The notes: generated from the letters alone by a model not told the origin. A DNA stretch of 64,000 nt from an uncultured Kofleriaceae bacterium (GCA_964497805.1 CAZCFB010000007.1:11849-75848), one strand, 5' to 3'. Counted from the first letter of the stretch, positions 40,917-51,063 are shown. Translations and numbers: made by a program.

Positions 40917-41943
40917 CGTCCCCTTTGCCCATGGCGGTCAGCAGGGCGGGAAAGATGGCGTCGGCGAGCATCTTGTGCCCACGGTTGTTCGGGTGGATCG
41001 GGAGGCGCCTGGGATTGGCGCGCCAATTTTTTAGCTCCCGGCTGTAGTGGATCTCCTCGGCGCCCGCCCAGAGGTCGGAGAGATCAACCGGCGTGATGCC
41101 CTCCTCCTCCAGCAGGGCCTTCATCAGGGCCAGCTCTTCCGCCCACCAGCTGCAGGGGGTATTTTCCGCCGGCGGAACGGCGCACATGGAGTCGCCGGTG
41201 GGTTTGACCAGGACCACCACCAGAGGGACGCCCGCCTTCTTGGCGTGCTCACGCATGGCCCGGGCGTAGGTCTTGAACTGCTCGCGTCCCTCGGGGGTGA
41301 TGTATCGCCGCGCGCCCGGTTCATCGCTTGAACTCAGGGCGTACCAGGCGAAGTTCGCCAGGTAGCTGTTGGAGGCCCACCAGCGCAACAGGGGGCGGCG
41401 GATCCGCTCGGGCAGCAGCACCAGGCTGTCGTCCTTGCGGTAGGCGATGCGCCACTCCAGGTCGTCTGCGAACACCTGAAAGAGGGCGATATCCGGCGGC
41501 CGCCCGTCCTGCAACCAGGTGATGAACCGGGGCATGGAGATACACATATTCGCCCCGTTGCGCGCGACATTCTCCAGGTGTACTGGACGGCCGAGGTGTT
41601 CTCCCAGGCGCCTGGCCAGCAGCGCCGCGAAGCCGCGCCCGCCGGTGGAGCCGATACCGTCAGCCACCGAGTCGCCGCCAACCAGGAACCGCAGGGCGCC
41701 GGGCGGAGGAGTCGGGGTTCCGCGGGGCCGGCCGCCGCGCCGGATCTCGTCAAGGGGAGGGCAAGGCGGGATCCCCCCCCCGGGGGTGAGAAGGGGGAGC
41801 GTGGATTCCGGGCCGTCTCCGTCTTCTGCAAGGGCGGCCTTGCTGGGCAGGTCCGGGTAGAACACCCTCATCGCGGCCTCGATGAAGAGCAGAGTGAAGA
41901 GCATGGAGCAGACGACCAGGAGCCCCTTGCGGCCCCAACTCAT
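40879..41943 (-). CDS. SGNH/GDSL-family hydrolase with an N-terminal TM anchor
   Basis: The internal ATG at 41943 (ATGA overlap with the helicase stop) gives 'MSWGRKGLLVVCSMLFTLLFIEAAM'. Block I 'FLVGGDSVADGIG', plus a C-terminal 'HPNNRGHKMLA' (DxxH-like block V region). Confidence 0.7.
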   Translation of the reverse strand: MSWGRKGLLVVCSMLFTLLFIEAAMRVFYPDLPSKAALAEDGDGPESTLPLLTPGGGIPPCPPLDEIRRGGRPRGTPTPPPGALRFLVGGDSVADGIGSTGGRGFAALLARRLGEHLGRPVHLENVARNGANMCISMPRFITWLQDGRPPDIALFQVFADDLEWRIAYRKDDSLVLLPERIRRPLLRWWASNSYLANFAWYALSSSDEPGARRYITPEGREQFKTYARAMREHAKKAGVPLVVVLVKPTGDSMCAVPPAENTPCSWWAEELALMKALLEEEGITPVDLSDLWAGAEEIHYSRELKNWRANPRRLPIHPNNRGHKMLADAIFPALLTAMGKGDANTSVQAASPRR

Positions 41944-43943
41944 TCGGGCTGCTCCTCGATCTCCCACCGCTCGTACAGGGGCGCGTCCTTGGGCAGCTCG
42001 TTGACGAAGCGTGACAGGCGCAGCAGGTGGCGCATGCCGTCGCGCTGCTCCTGGAACTGGGGCTGGCACAGGTAGAGCTGCTCCTCGGCCCGGGTGGCGG
42101 CCACGTAGAACAGGCGGCGCTCTTCCTCCACGTCCTCGTCGGTGCGCACGGCCATCCCCCCGGGGAACATGCCCTCGCTCAGGCCGATGACGAACACCGC
42201 CTTCCACTCCAGCCCCTTGGCCTGGTGCACGGTGCTCAGGGTCATCTTCTCCTCGGGGACCTCGCCCGGGCTGATCCCCTCGGCGGCGATGCCGGCAACC
42301 AGGGCCAGCTCACTGAGGAACCGCTCCAGGTCCCCCTCGTAGGTGGCGGTGTAGGTGGCCAGCTGCTCCAGGTCCTCGATGCGCGTGTCCGCGTTGGGGA
42401 AGCGGTCCCTGGCGTACTCCTTGTAGTGGGCCTTGAGCACCGCCTCGATCATCTCGGGGATGCCGCCATCCCCGCCCATACGCCTCATCAGCTCGCCCAG
42501 CCGGTGAATGGCCGGACGCGCCCGGGGGGGCAGGGCGGCGATCATCCCTCCGTCGCCCAGCAGCGCCGCCGCGTCGTCGGGCGCCCGCTCCCCCTCGATG
42601 ACCTTGAGCACCCGGTCCACGGAGGCGCGCCCCACCCCGGGCCACTGCTGCAGCACCCGCTGCCAGGCCAGGGCGTCGGAGGGGTTGTGGGCCAGGCGCA
42701 GGTAGGCGGTGACATCCTTGATGTGGGCCTGCTCGAAGAAGCGCACCCCCGAGCGAACCGTGAACGGGATCTTGCGCCGCACCAGCTCCACCTGCAGCTC
42801 CAGGCTGTGGGAGTGCGCCCTGTAGAGCACGGCCAGGTCGCGAAGCCCGTGCCCCTCCTCCTGGTACAGCTGAAGCACGCGCTGGGCCACGAAGGCGGCC
42901 TGCTGCTCGGCGTCGCGCAGGGGGATCAGCGCCGGCGTGATGCCCGGCTGCTTCTCGGCCCGCAGCACCTTGGGGTACTGGCGCTTGTTCTTGGCGATGA
43001 CCGCGTTGGCCAGGTGAAGGATCTCCGGCGTGGAGCGGTAGTTCTGCTCCAGCTTGAACACCGTGGCCCCGGGGTAGCGCTTGGGGAAGTCGATGATGTT
43101 GCGGAAGTGCGCTCCCCGGAAGGCGTAGATGCTCTGGGCGTCGTCGCCCACCACGCACAGGTTGCCGTGCCGCGCGGCGCACAGGTCCATGATCTCCCCC
43201 TGCAGCAGGCTGGTGTCCTGGTACTCGTCCACCAGCACATGCTCGAAGCGGGAGGTGAGCTCCTCGGCGGGGCCCGGGTGCTCGGTGAGCAGGATCTTGA
43301 AGAAGAGCAGCAGGTCGTCGTAGTCCACCAGCCCGTGCTGCAGCTTGCGCGCCACGAAGCGGTCCACTACCCGGCTGATCTCGTCGGTGAGGTGGCGGAA
43401 GCGGAAGGCGTGGGCCTTGACCGACTCGGCGATGCCTATCTGGCTGTCCACGGCCCGGCTCAGGATGTGCAGCAGCAGGCGCGGCTTGGGGAAGCGCACC
43501 GCGCGCAGGGTCTTGCCCTCGTCGGCCAGGCAGGTGGCCATCAGGTCGGTGGCGTCCTCGCTGTCCAGGATGGCGTAGTTCTCGGGCAAGCCCACCTGGT
43601 CGGCGTGGCGGCGAAGGGCCAGGTTGCCCACATGGTGGAAGGTGCCGGCCCAGAGCGGCTTCAGCTCAGCCTCAAGCAGCCCCTGCACCCTCCTTATCAT
43701 CTCCCGCGCCGCGCGGTTGGTGAAGGTGCAGAGCAGGATCCGCTCCGGGCTTACGCCCGAGGAGATCAGATGCGCCGCGCGGTAGGTGAGGGTGCGGGTC
43801 TTGCCGCTGCCCGCTCCGGCGATGATCAGGGCGGGGCCCTCCCGGTGGAGCACGGCCTGCATCTGCTGCTCGTTGAGCTTGCCCTCCAGCTCCAGGCGGC
43901 CGCGCGCGGGCTTGCTCGTTCTGATGATGAACTTGGTGGTCAT
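41940..43943 (-). CDS. uvrD: UvrD/PcrA/Rep-family ATP-dependent DNA helicase
   Basis: Motif I 'IIAGAGSGKTRTLTYR', 'CTFTNRAAREM', motif II 'VLVDEYQDTS', 'VVGDDAQSIYAFRGA', 'LEQNYRSTPEIL' and 'LSTVHQAKGLEW'. Confidence 0.9.
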   Translation of the reverse strand: MTTKFIIRTSKPARGRLELEGKLNEQQMQAVLHREGPALIIAGAGSGKTRTLTYRAAHLISSGVSPERILLCTFTNRAAREMIRRVQGLLEAELKPLWAGTFHHVGNLALRRHADQVGLPENYAILDSEDATDLMATCLADEGKTLRAVRFPKPRLLLHILSRAVDSQIGIAESVKAHAFRFRHLTDEISRVVDRFVARKLQHGLVDYDDLLLFFKILLTEHPGPAEELTSRFEHVLVDEYQDTSLLQGEIMDLCAARHGNLCVVGDDAQSIYAFRGAHFRNIIDFPKRYPGATVFKLEQNYRSTPEILHLANAVIAKNKRQYPKVLRAEKQPGITPALIPLRDAEQQAAFVAQRVLQLYQEEGHGLRDLAVLYRAHSHSLELQVELVRRKIPFTVRSGVRFFEQAHIKDVTAYLRLAHNPSDALAWQRVLQQWPGVGRASVDRVLKVIEGERAPDDAAALLGDGGMIAALPPRARPAIHRLGELMRRMGGDGGIPEMIEAVLKAHYKEYARDRFPNADTRIEDLEQLATYTATYEGDLERFLSELALVAGIAAEGISPGEVPEEKMTLSTVHQAKGLEWKAVFVIGLSEGMFPGGMAVRTDEDVEEERRLFYVAATRAEEQLYLCQPQFQEQRDGMRHLLRLSRFVNELPKDAPLYERWEIEEQPE

Positions 43944-43995
43944 TCGTTCAGTGCCGCCGGGCGTACGAGGGGAGGGGAGGGCGACATGCTCGGGA

Positions 43996-44451
43996 TCAGT
44001 CCTGGAGGAGGAGGGGGAGCTGGCGGGCCACGCTTCCGGCGGCCGCGCGGGAGAAGGCGTCCCAGGCGAAGCGGAACTGCTCGCTGATGACGTCCATGTT
44101 CATCCCGTCCTCCTCGTCCTCGTCGTCCGGATTCTCCAGCACCTCCAGCTCCTCACGCAGCTCCTCCAGCGCCTCCATCAGGGTCAGCGCAGAGCCGAAT
44201 GTGAAGTCGCCCATGTTGAATGTGCTGTCGAACTCCACCGGCAGGTAGATGTTGGCGGCGATGTCCAGGGCTTCGAGACGGTCGAGGAAGTCGGCGAAAT
44301 GATCGTCCTCCAGCGGCTCCTCCACCTCGACGTCGTCGTCCTCCTCGGGCGGGAGCTCCATTACGTCAAGCTCCTTTAGCTCCAGCATGAGCTTCTCCCG
44401 CTCATTTTCTGGGAGCAATTCCTCAAGAGGAACAAGCTTCAGCTCGGGCAT
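43996..44451 (-). CDS. Highly acidic hypothetical protein (151 aa)
   Basis: The ATG at 44451 gives 'MPELKLVPLEELLPENEREK...'. By my count there are 46 Asp/Glu against 9 Lys/Arg residues. It lies directly upstream of the helicase on the same strand. No family recognised. Confidence 0.5.
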   Translation of the reverse strand: MPELKLVPLEELLPENEREKLMLELKELDVMELPPEEDDDVEVEEPLEDDHFADFLDRLEALDIAANIYLPVEFDSTFNMGDFTFGSALTLMEALEELREELEVLENPDDEDEEDGMNMDVISEQFRFAWDAFSRAAAGSVARQLPLLLQD

Positions 44452-44487
44452 TTGGCTGCCTCCCTCAAAGGTGGTACAGCTCGAACC

Positions 44488-47181
44488 ATGGCCCAATCGT
44501 CGGGTGAGTTCAAGAGCCTTGAGGGGCTGAAAGAGGATGAGCTCCGTCTGGCCTGCGCCAAGCAGGTTCGCGGCGCACGGGAGTGGCTCGCGGCGGCCTC
44601 AACCGGGGCGGATCCCGCCGGGCTCCTGGCCTGGCACGCGGCCAAGCTGGATCAGCTGGCCAGGGCCCTGTTCCGCCGGGCCGGTCTGGGCGATGAGCGC
44701 CTGATCAGCCTGGTGGCCCTGGGCGGATACGGCCGCGGCGAGCTGTACCCTCACTCGGACCTGGACCTGCTCGTGCTGTGCGAGGAGGAGGAGGCCGAGG
44801 CGGTGAAGGTGGTGGAGGCGGTGGTCTACCCCCTGTGGGACGCGGGGGTGAAGGTGAGCCACGCCGTGCGCACCCAGGCCGAGACCCTGGACCTGGCCAG
44901 CGAGGACCTCACGGTCTGCTCCTCCCTGCTGGACGCGCGCCACCTGGCCGGCAACGAAGGCCTGACCCACGCGCTCCAGGCGGCGGGGCTGCGCCGCCTG
45001 TTTGGGCCGGAGTCGGGGCGCTTCATGGCGCTGCTTCTGGAGGAGCGCGCCGGACGCCACCACCGCTTCGGGGACACGGTCTACCTCCTGGAGCCGAACA
45101 TCAAGTCGGGCCGGGGCGGGCTCCGCGATCTGGCCACCGGCCTCTGGGCGGCCAAGGCGCGCCTGGGGCTGGACGAGCTGGACCAGCTGGACGCCGAGGG
45201 CGGCGCGTCACCGCGGCAGGAGCGGGCGCTGCTCCACGCGCAGCGGTTCCTGCGCCAGCTCCGCCTGGCCATGCACAACGAGTCGGGCAGGCAGCAGGAT
45301 CAGCTCACCTTCGAGCTGCAAGAGCGGCTGGCTCCGGCCCTGTTCCCCGAGGAGGAGGTGCCCGGGATCCGCCGCGCGACCCCCGCGGTGGCCCCGGCCG
45401 TGGAGCGGCTCATGGCGGCGTACTATCGCCATGCCCACGCCGTGGTCATGGAGACCGAGGGGATCCTGGAGCGGCTGCACCTCATGGACCGGGCCCAGCC
45501 GCCCGGGCAGCCGGTGACCGCCGACGAGGGCGAGCACCTGGAGCTGGCCGGGGACCTGCTACGCACCAACACCCCGGAGCGCCTGTGGCAGGAGCCGGCC
45601 GAGCTGGTGAGGGCCTTCTTGCTCTGTCAGGAGCGTGGCGCGCGGCTCGACAGGCCCACCCGAGACCTCCTGGCCGAGGCGGCCGCGGGGGAGCCCGGTC
45701 TGCAGCTGGCAACGGATCCTCGCGCCGCGGAGCTGTTCATGGAGCTGCTGGCACACCCCGAGGGGCCCGAGGAGGGCTCGGCCTTTGAGGATGCCCATGA
45801 CCTGGGCGTGCTGGCCGCCATCCTGCCGGAGTTCGGCCCCTGCACGGGGCGCGTGCAGCACGACCTCTACCATGTGTACACCGTGGACCGTCACTCCCTG
45901 TACGTGGTGGCCCAGATCAAGGCCTGGATGCGGGGGGAGGGGGCAGAAGAGCACGCAACGGCCGTGGACCTTGCGTCCCGGCTGGAGCGGCCAGAGGCGC
46001 TGCTCATGGCTGCCCTGCTCCACGACGTGGGCAAGCCCCTGGGGGGAGGGCACGCGGCCAGCGGGGCGAGGCTGGCCCGGGGCGCCTCCGCTCGCCTGGG
46101 CCTGGACGCCGAGCTCATGGAGGATGTCACCTTCCTGGTGCGCCACCACCTGACCATGGCCCACACCTCCCAGCGCCGGGACCTGGAGGATCCTGAGGTC
46201 ATCGGCCGCCTGGCCGGGCTGGTGGGGGGGATCAACCGGCTACGCGCCCTCTATCTGCTCACCCTGGCGGACACCGCCATGACCGCGCCCGGCAACCTGA
46301 GCGAGTGGAAGGCGAAGCTTCTGGAGGAGCTGTACATCAAGACTTACGGCTTCCTGGCCCTGGGCAAGAGCCTCACCCTGGAGGATCGGGAGCGGCAGGC
46401 AGCCGAGCGGCGGGAGAAGCTGGAGGGGGTGCTGCGCGGCCGCTTCGGCGAGGAGGGCGTGGTCATGGCCCAGCGCCTGCCCAGCTCAATGCTCCTGGCC
46501 CACGAGGAAGACGACCTGCTGCACCATGTGGGCGCGGCCCTGGACCTGGACGTGGGCGAGGTCCAGGTTTCAACCCGGGTGCGCCGGCGGGGCGCTGACA
46601 CCTGGCAGCTCACCGTGTGCTGCGCGGACCGGCCGGGACTGCTGGCCGCCATCACCGGGGTGATGTTGGCTCACCGCGTGGAGGTGCTGGCTGCTCAGGC
46701 GCACACCCTCTACCCCCGGCCCGGCGAGCCCCTGGGCACCCGGGTGCTGGACATCTTCACGGTGCGGGCCCCGCGCGCGGATGATCAGCCGCCGTGGCAG
46801 CGCCTGGAGCAAGACCTGGGCGGCGTCCTGGGCGGCGAGGTGATGCTGGACGCCCTGGTGCGCAGCCGCATAGCCCCCGGATCCCCGCTGCTCCGGCGGG
46901 TGGTGCCGAGGATCCCCACCGAGGTGACCCTGGACAACGACGCGTCGGACCGCTTCACCGTGGTGGAGGTGCAGGCGGAGGACGGCGTGGGGGTGCTGCA
47001 CGCCATCACCCGGGCGTTGAGCGACCTCGGCCTGGCCATCCAGGTTTCCCGGGTGAACACCGAGGCCTCCCGCGCGGTGGACATCTTCTATGTCTGTGAG
47101 GCGGACTCCGGGGAGAAGCTCCTGGACCCGGCGCGGCAAGCCGATGTGAAGCGGAAGATCGCTGGCGCCCTCGGCAGCTGA
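44488..47181 (+). CDS. glnD: [Protein-PII] uridylyltransferase / uridylyl-removing enzyme GlnD
   Basis: Nucleotidyltransferase 'LVALGGYGRGELYPHSDLDLLVL', HD domain 'LLHDVGKP', and two C-terminal ACT-like domains ('QLTVCCADRPGLLAAITGVM', 'TVVEVQAEDGVGVLHAITRAL'). The start is the ATG at 44488 or the TTG at 44452. Confidence 0.9.
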   Translation: MAQSSGEFKSLEGLKEDELRLACAKQVRGAREWLAAASTGADPAGLLAWHAAKLDQLARALFRRAGLGDERLISLVALGGYGRGELYPHSDLDLLVLCEEEEAEAVKVVEAVVYPLWDAGVKVSHAVRTQAETLDLASEDLTVCSSLLDARHLAGNEGLTHALQAAGLRRLFGPESGRFMALLLEERAGRHHRFGDTVYLLEPNIKSGRGGLRDLATGLWAAKARLGLDELDQLDAEGGASPRQERALLHAQRFLRQLRLAMHNESGRQQDQLTFELQERLAPALFPEEEVPGIRRATPAVAPAVERLMAAYYRHAHAVVMETEGILERLHLMDRAQPPGQPVTADEGEHLELAGDLLRTNTPERLWQEPAELVRAFLLCQERGARLDRPTRDLLAEAAAGEPGLQLATDPRAAELFMELLAHPEGPEEGSAFEDAHDLGVLAAILPEFGPCTGRVQHDLYHVYTVDRHSLYVVAQIKAWMRGEGAEEHATAVDLASRLERPEALLMAALLHDVGKPLGGGHAASGARLARGASARLGLDAELMEDVTFLVRHHLTMAHTSQRRDLEDPEVIGRLAGLVGGINRLRALYLLTLADTAMTAPGNLSEWKAKLLEELYIKTYGFLALGKSLTLEDRERQAAERREKLEGVLRGRFGEEGVVMAQRLPSSMLLAHEEDDLLHHVGAALDLDVGEVQVSTRVRRRGADTWQLTVCCADRPGLLAAITGVMLAHRVEVLAAQAHTLYPRPGEPLGTRVLDIFTVRAPRADDQPPWQRLEQDLGGVLGGEVMLDALVRSRIAPGSPLLRRVVPRIPTEVTLDNDASDRFTVVEVQAEDGVGVLHAITRALSDLGLAIQVSRVNTEASRAVDIFYVCEADSGEKLLDPARQADVKRKIAGALGS

Positions 47182-47268
47182 GCGCCGCCGGATGAATTAA
47201 TACCCGGCCTGATCCCGTATCAATTCCTGGTGTACCATCTTGTGCGACCCGCACCCGAGAGAGGACTC

Positions 47269-48297
47269 ATGCGTACTCGAATCATGATCATTGCCCTGCT
47301 GCTGACAAGTTGGAGCGCCGCGGCTCAGGCCGGCCCGGAGGCTGCGCTCAGGAAGGGGGCGGCGGCCCTCAAGGCTGGCGACCTCGAGGGAGCCGTGGTG
47401 GCCTTCACCCAGGCCATCAAGGCCTTCCCCGGGGACGCGCGCGGCTACTTCCAACGGGGCGTGGTGCTGCGCAAGCAGAAGAACCCGGGCCAGGCCATGG
47501 CCGACTTCCGCGCCGCGATCAAGCGCCAGCCCGGCATGGCCGAGGCTCACAACGGCCTGGGCGCCCTGCTGTTCGAGGCGGGGGACGCCGAAGAGGCGCT
47601 CAAGCACCTGTCGGCCGCGGTGAAGGCGAAGCCCTCCTACGGCAGGGCCTGGTTCAACCTCGGCCTGCTGCACTACGACAAGAAACGCTATGACAAGGCA
47701 GCCCAGGCATACATCATGGCAGGCAAGTACCTGCCAAGAGACGCCGATGTGCGCCTCAACCTGGGCGGGGCGCTGTTCAACCTGGGCAAGCTCCCGGCCG
47801 CCATCAAGGCCCTGGAGGCGGCTGTGGGTCTGGAGCCGAGGAACCCCATGGCCCGCTTCAGCCTTGGATCCCTGCTAATGAAGAAGAAGGACCTGGCCGC
47901 GGCGGAGATCCAGCTGGCCAAGGCGGTGAAGCTGGAGCCTCGCTACCTGCGCGCCTGGTACCGCCTGGGCCTGGTCCAGGGACGCCAGGGCAAGCTGGAT
48001 GAAGCCGAGGGAACCCTGGAGAAGACCCTGAGCCTGGTCCGCGGCAAGAACCGCGCCCTGATACTTTGTGACCTGGGCAAGGTCCAGCGCAAAAAGGGCA
48101 AGCTCAAGGCGGCGCTCAAGAGCTACGCCGCCGCCATCAAGGCCAACCCCAAGCACCACAAGGCTCACCTCCTGATGGGCCTGGCCCATGCCTCCGCCAA
48201 GAAATGCAAGAAGGCCAAGGCCTCCTTCCGCCGCTTCATCAAGGGCACAAAGGCGCCAGACAAGGTCATGAAGGAATTAATGAAGAAATGCAAGTGA
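47269..48297 (+). CDS. Secreted TPR-repeat protein
   Basis: The ATG at 47269 (SD 'GAGAGAGGA') gives the signal 'MIIALLLTSWSAAAQA'. Consecutive 34-aa TPR units follow ('AEAHNGLGALLFEAGDAEEALKHLSAAVKAKPSY', 'GRAWFNLGLLHYDKKRYDKA...'). Confidence 0.8.
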   Translation: MRTRIMIIALLLTSWSAAAQAGPEAALRKGAAALKAGDLEGAVVAFTQAIKAFPGDARGYFQRGVVLRKQKNPGQAMADFRAAIKRQPGMAEAHNGLGALLFEAGDAEEALKHLSAAVKAKPSYGRAWFNLGLLHYDKKRYDKAAQAYIMAGKYLPRDADVRLNLGGALFNLGKLPAAIKALEAAVGLEPRNPMARFSLGSLLMKKKDLAAAEIQLAKAVKLEPRYLRAWYRLGLVQGRQGKLDEAEGTLEKTLSLVRGKNRALILCDLGKVQRKKGKLKAALKSYAAAIKANPKHHKAHLLMGLAHASAKKCKKAKASFRRFIKGTKAPDKVMKELMKKCK

Positions 48298-48341
48298 AGG
48301 GCCCGGAATCGTAGGGGACGCTGTTGCGTCCTGGCTCGTGC

Positions 48342-49829
48342 CTAAAGCGTGAGAATCTTCGTGGCCACCAGCGGATCGCCCGTGGCCTGTTCAGTCCCCT
48401 CCAGCAGGGCGACGAGCTTCTTGCTGCCCTTGGGGATCTGGACGGTCAACACAACCAGGGAGGCGCCTGTCTTCACCGGCGCGTCAAGTGCCTGAGCGCC
48501 CAGCAGCGTGCGCTTGCCCGCCTCATCCTCGGCGAAGATCCGCACCCTCCCGCCGGCCAACTCGGCGCTCCGGTTGACCACCTCCACCTGGGTGGCGGAC
48601 TTGAGGGCCAGGTCCACCTTGCCTCGCAGCAGGTGATCGATGAACCCGGCGGAGAAGCCCACGGCCCTGGGGAGCAGCTCCCTGGCCGCGGCGGCGTACA
48701 CCCTGTTGTCCAGCCGGAACATGAGCTTGCCCTTGCGTCCCAGGCGGTAGGCCAGCAGGGGGCGATTTCCCCTGGGATCACGCAGGTAGCAGGTCTTCTT
48801 GGCTGCGCAGGCCAGGTCGATCTTGCCCAGCGGGGGCTCCTGAAAGGTCAGCCCCTTCTCCAGGCGTTTCTGGAGCTGCTTCAGGTCGGTCCCCGGGAGG
48901 AGCTGGGTGTTGGCCGGGATGGTGCCGGGGGAGAAGTGGGCCAGGTGGGTCAGGTCCGCGAGGCCGTCCCAACGGGGGGAGTGAAAAAATTGCCGCAGGG
49001 ATGCGCGGGCCACGGCGGGGCCCTTGTACTTGGGGATCCCCAGGCGGCCGTACTGGCTGGCAACGAACCGCTCGTAGGCCGAGCCCCGGTCGTAGGTGCT
49101 GGACCCCAGGCGCTCCAGGTGCCCGTCGGCGAAGTCGTTGCGCGCGTGGGTGGGGGAGGCCATGTCCTGGAGCACATGGAGCATGGCTCCCAGGGCGGTG
49201 AGGGCCAGGGCAAGGTGGTGCGCCCGGCGGGCCGGAGCGTCCTCGCTCACCGCGGCGGCCAGCTCGCGGTGGAAGGCCGCCATGCCGTGAGGATTCTCCG
49301 GCGCGAAGAGCCAGTCCGTGGCCAGCTTGCCGGTGAGATCGAAGCCAGTGCCGGTGAAGAACTGGCGCACCGTGTCGCCCCCCTCCAGGGTGGCCAGCAG
49401 GCCGAGCACCCACCCGGTAATGGGGCGCAGGTTCTTGAGGCCGCTGTTGGTGGTGGGGCAGAGGAAGTGGTGCCGGTTCTCGCTGGCCGGCATCTCCGCC
49501 AGCACGGCGCCGGCGAGGGCCCATGACATGGCGTACTGGCCGTAAGACTTGTCCGGGCGGTAGCCGCCGCCTGGATCCATCTTGTCCAGGTCGAGCTGGA
49601 GCAGCCGGTGTGCCCGGGAGTCCATGGCCTCCCCCTGGATCTGCAGGCGGGTGAAGAGGCCGAGCCCCAGGCCGTGTTCGCCGCGCAGGTAGGCGTGGAG
49701 CTTGCTGGCCAGGGCCGCCTCGGTGGTGAGCCCCACATGGGTGTCAGGCCCTTCGTAGGCCAGGGCCGGGCTGGCGTTCCAGGCGAGCATGGCCGCGCAG
49801 AGCAGGAGGATGTTGCGGGCACGGCTCAT
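48342..49829 (-). CDS. Secreted hypothetical protein, possibly a zinc-dependent phospholipase C / S1-P1 nuclease-like fold
   Basis: Signal peptide 'ILLLCAAMLAWNASPALA'. 'HVLQDMASPTHARND' fits the HxxxDxxxPxH zinc motif of the PLC/P1-nuclease superfamily. The rest is not recognised, so the functional call is tentative. Confidence 0.45.
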   Translation of the reverse strand: MSRARNILLLCAAMLAWNASPALAYEGPDTHVGLTTEAALASKLHAYLRGEHGLGLGLFTRLQIQGEAMDSRAHRLLQLDLDKMDPGGGYRPDKSYGQYAMSWALAGAVLAEMPASENRHHFLCPTTNSGLKNLRPITGWVLGLLATLEGGDTVRQFFTGTGFDLTGKLATDWLFAPENPHGMAAFHRELAAAVSEDAPARRAHHLALALTALGAMLHVLQDMASPTHARNDFADGHLERLGSSTYDRGSAYERFVASQYGRLGIPKYKGPAVARASLRQFFHSPRWDGLADLTHLAHFSPGTIPANTQLLPGTDLKQLQKRLEKGLTFQEPPLGKIDLACAAKKTCYLRDPRGNRPLLAYRLGRKGKLMFRLDNRVYAAAARELLPRAVGFSAGFIDHLLRGKVDLALKSATQVEVVNRSAELAGGRVRIFAEDEAGKRTLLGAQALDAPVKTGASLVVLTVQIPKGSKKLVALLEGTEQATGDPLVATKILTL

Positions 49830-50971
49830 TTCTCGTCCTCGTCTTCGTCCTCTGCGCCGCCCTCGCCCTGGCCGGATTCACTCTTCTCTTCCGGGCTGTA
49901 TGGGGGCAGCCGGTGCAGGTGCTCCTGGAGCTTCTTGCCCAGCGTGAGCAGCATCTCATCCTTGACGCACTGGCCGCGCCCGCAGGTCAACAGGAGGATC
50001 ACCGAGTCGGTGCGGTCCATGACGCCGAGGCCCAGAATCTCACCCTGGACCACGGAGAAGGAGCGGTCCCCCACCTCGTCGTTCTGCTTGCTGTTGGGCA
50101 GGGCGTTGAGCAGCTCCTCATAGCGGGTGGTCATGGCGTCGCCCGAGGCCCGCCAGAGGCGGACAGCGACGTCGTAGCGTTCCGGTTTGCCCTCGGCCCT
50201 GAAGTGGAGGGAGTCTTGCACCTCGGACCGCGGCTCCTTGAGCCGGCCCACCGTGAAGGCGCCGGTGTATCCGGTGATGGCCCTGAGCTCGTCCGAGGTG
50301 AGCAGCTTTCCGGCGTCAAGCATGAAGGGTGAGCTGCTGGCCAGGGGCTTGAGGGCGGCCCCGCCGGAGGAGAGCCCGGTGGCGGCCTTTCTCTCGCCGT
50401 CCAGCTCGGCGGCAGCGGCCAGGACCTCCCACGCGGAGGCTTCCCGTACTGCCGTGGCGCCCCCGATGAAGAGGAGATGACGCGCGCGCGAGAGCTCCGG
50501 GCTCCAGCGGGAGAGGGCCACCTGAGCGTCAAGCTGGGCGAAGTTGCTGTGGCGTGTGCCGCCAGAGGTGAAGCTCCGATCATGCCGGTACGCCGCGTAC
50601 CCCTTCTTGTACACCACCAGGGTGAGGTTGGAGAGGCGGGTGCTCATACCGGTTGGGAGGTCCCGCAGGGACGGAACCTGGTAGCGGCCGTCCACGTCCG
50701 TGGTGGTCTCCATCACCCGGCTGGCCTCCGGGGCGCTGTTCCCCACGCCACGCTGGAAGTGCCAGCTGGCAGCGACCACGGCCCCGGCGATGGGGGTTTG
50801 GGAATCAGCATCAACCACCTGGCCGGCGAATGGACCAAAGGGGGACCCCTTGGCCACGGACTGGGATCGCTCCGGGAAGCTGGGAGCGCGCACCATGGGG
50901 CCGCACCCACAAAGGAGCGTTGTTACCAAGAGATTGACGGCCAGATAGCGAATTGGTACTTTCCTTTCCAC
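49826..50971 (-). CDS. Lipoprotein with a carboxypeptidase-regulatory-like (CarboxypepD_reg) domain and an acidic tail
   Basis: Lipobox 'TTLLCGC'. 'GQVVDADSQTPIAGAVVAASW...TTTDVDGRYQVPSL...VVYKKGYA' matches the CarboxypepD_reg pattern. C-terminal 'GEGGAEDEDEDEK'. The downstream gene's ATG overlaps its stop (ATGA). Confidence 0.55.
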   Translation of the reverse strand: MERKVPIRYLAVNLLVTTLLCGCGPMVRAPSFPERSQSVAKGSPFGPFAGQVVDADSQTPIAGAVVAASWHFQRGVGNSAPEASRVMETTTDVDGRYQVPSLRDLPTGMSTRLSNLTLVVYKKGYAAYRHDRSFTSGGTRHSNFAQLDAQVALSRWSPELSRARHLLFIGGATAVREASAWEVLAAAAELDGERKAATGLSSGGAALKPLASSSPFMLDAGKLLTSDELRAITGYTGAFTVGRLKEPRSEVQDSLHFRAEGKPERYDVAVRLWRASGDAMTTRYEELLNALPNSKQNDEVGDRSFSVVQGEILGLGVMDRTDSVILLLTCGRGQCVKDEMLLTLGKKLQEHLHRLPPYSPEEKSESGQGEGGAEDEDEDEK

Positions 50972-51063
50972 AAGTTGGGCATTCCCTATTAACTCAGGTC
51001 AGCGACGATGTAAATGAGCATTTGTCGGCTGATCGCCCAGGAACCTTCAGGTAGGAGTGACCA

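Noticed and set aside
41940-43943. UvrD-family helicase as part of a Gabija-like or other known defence system
   Set aside because: No GajA-type ATPase/TOPRIM nuclease or other recognised defence partner is adjacent. The neighbours are an acidic small protein and an SGNH hydrolase. It is kept only as an open observation.
42027-44087. 686-aa + strand ORF
   Set aside because: It is antisense to the UvrD-family helicase, whose helicase motifs I-VI are readable on the minus strand.
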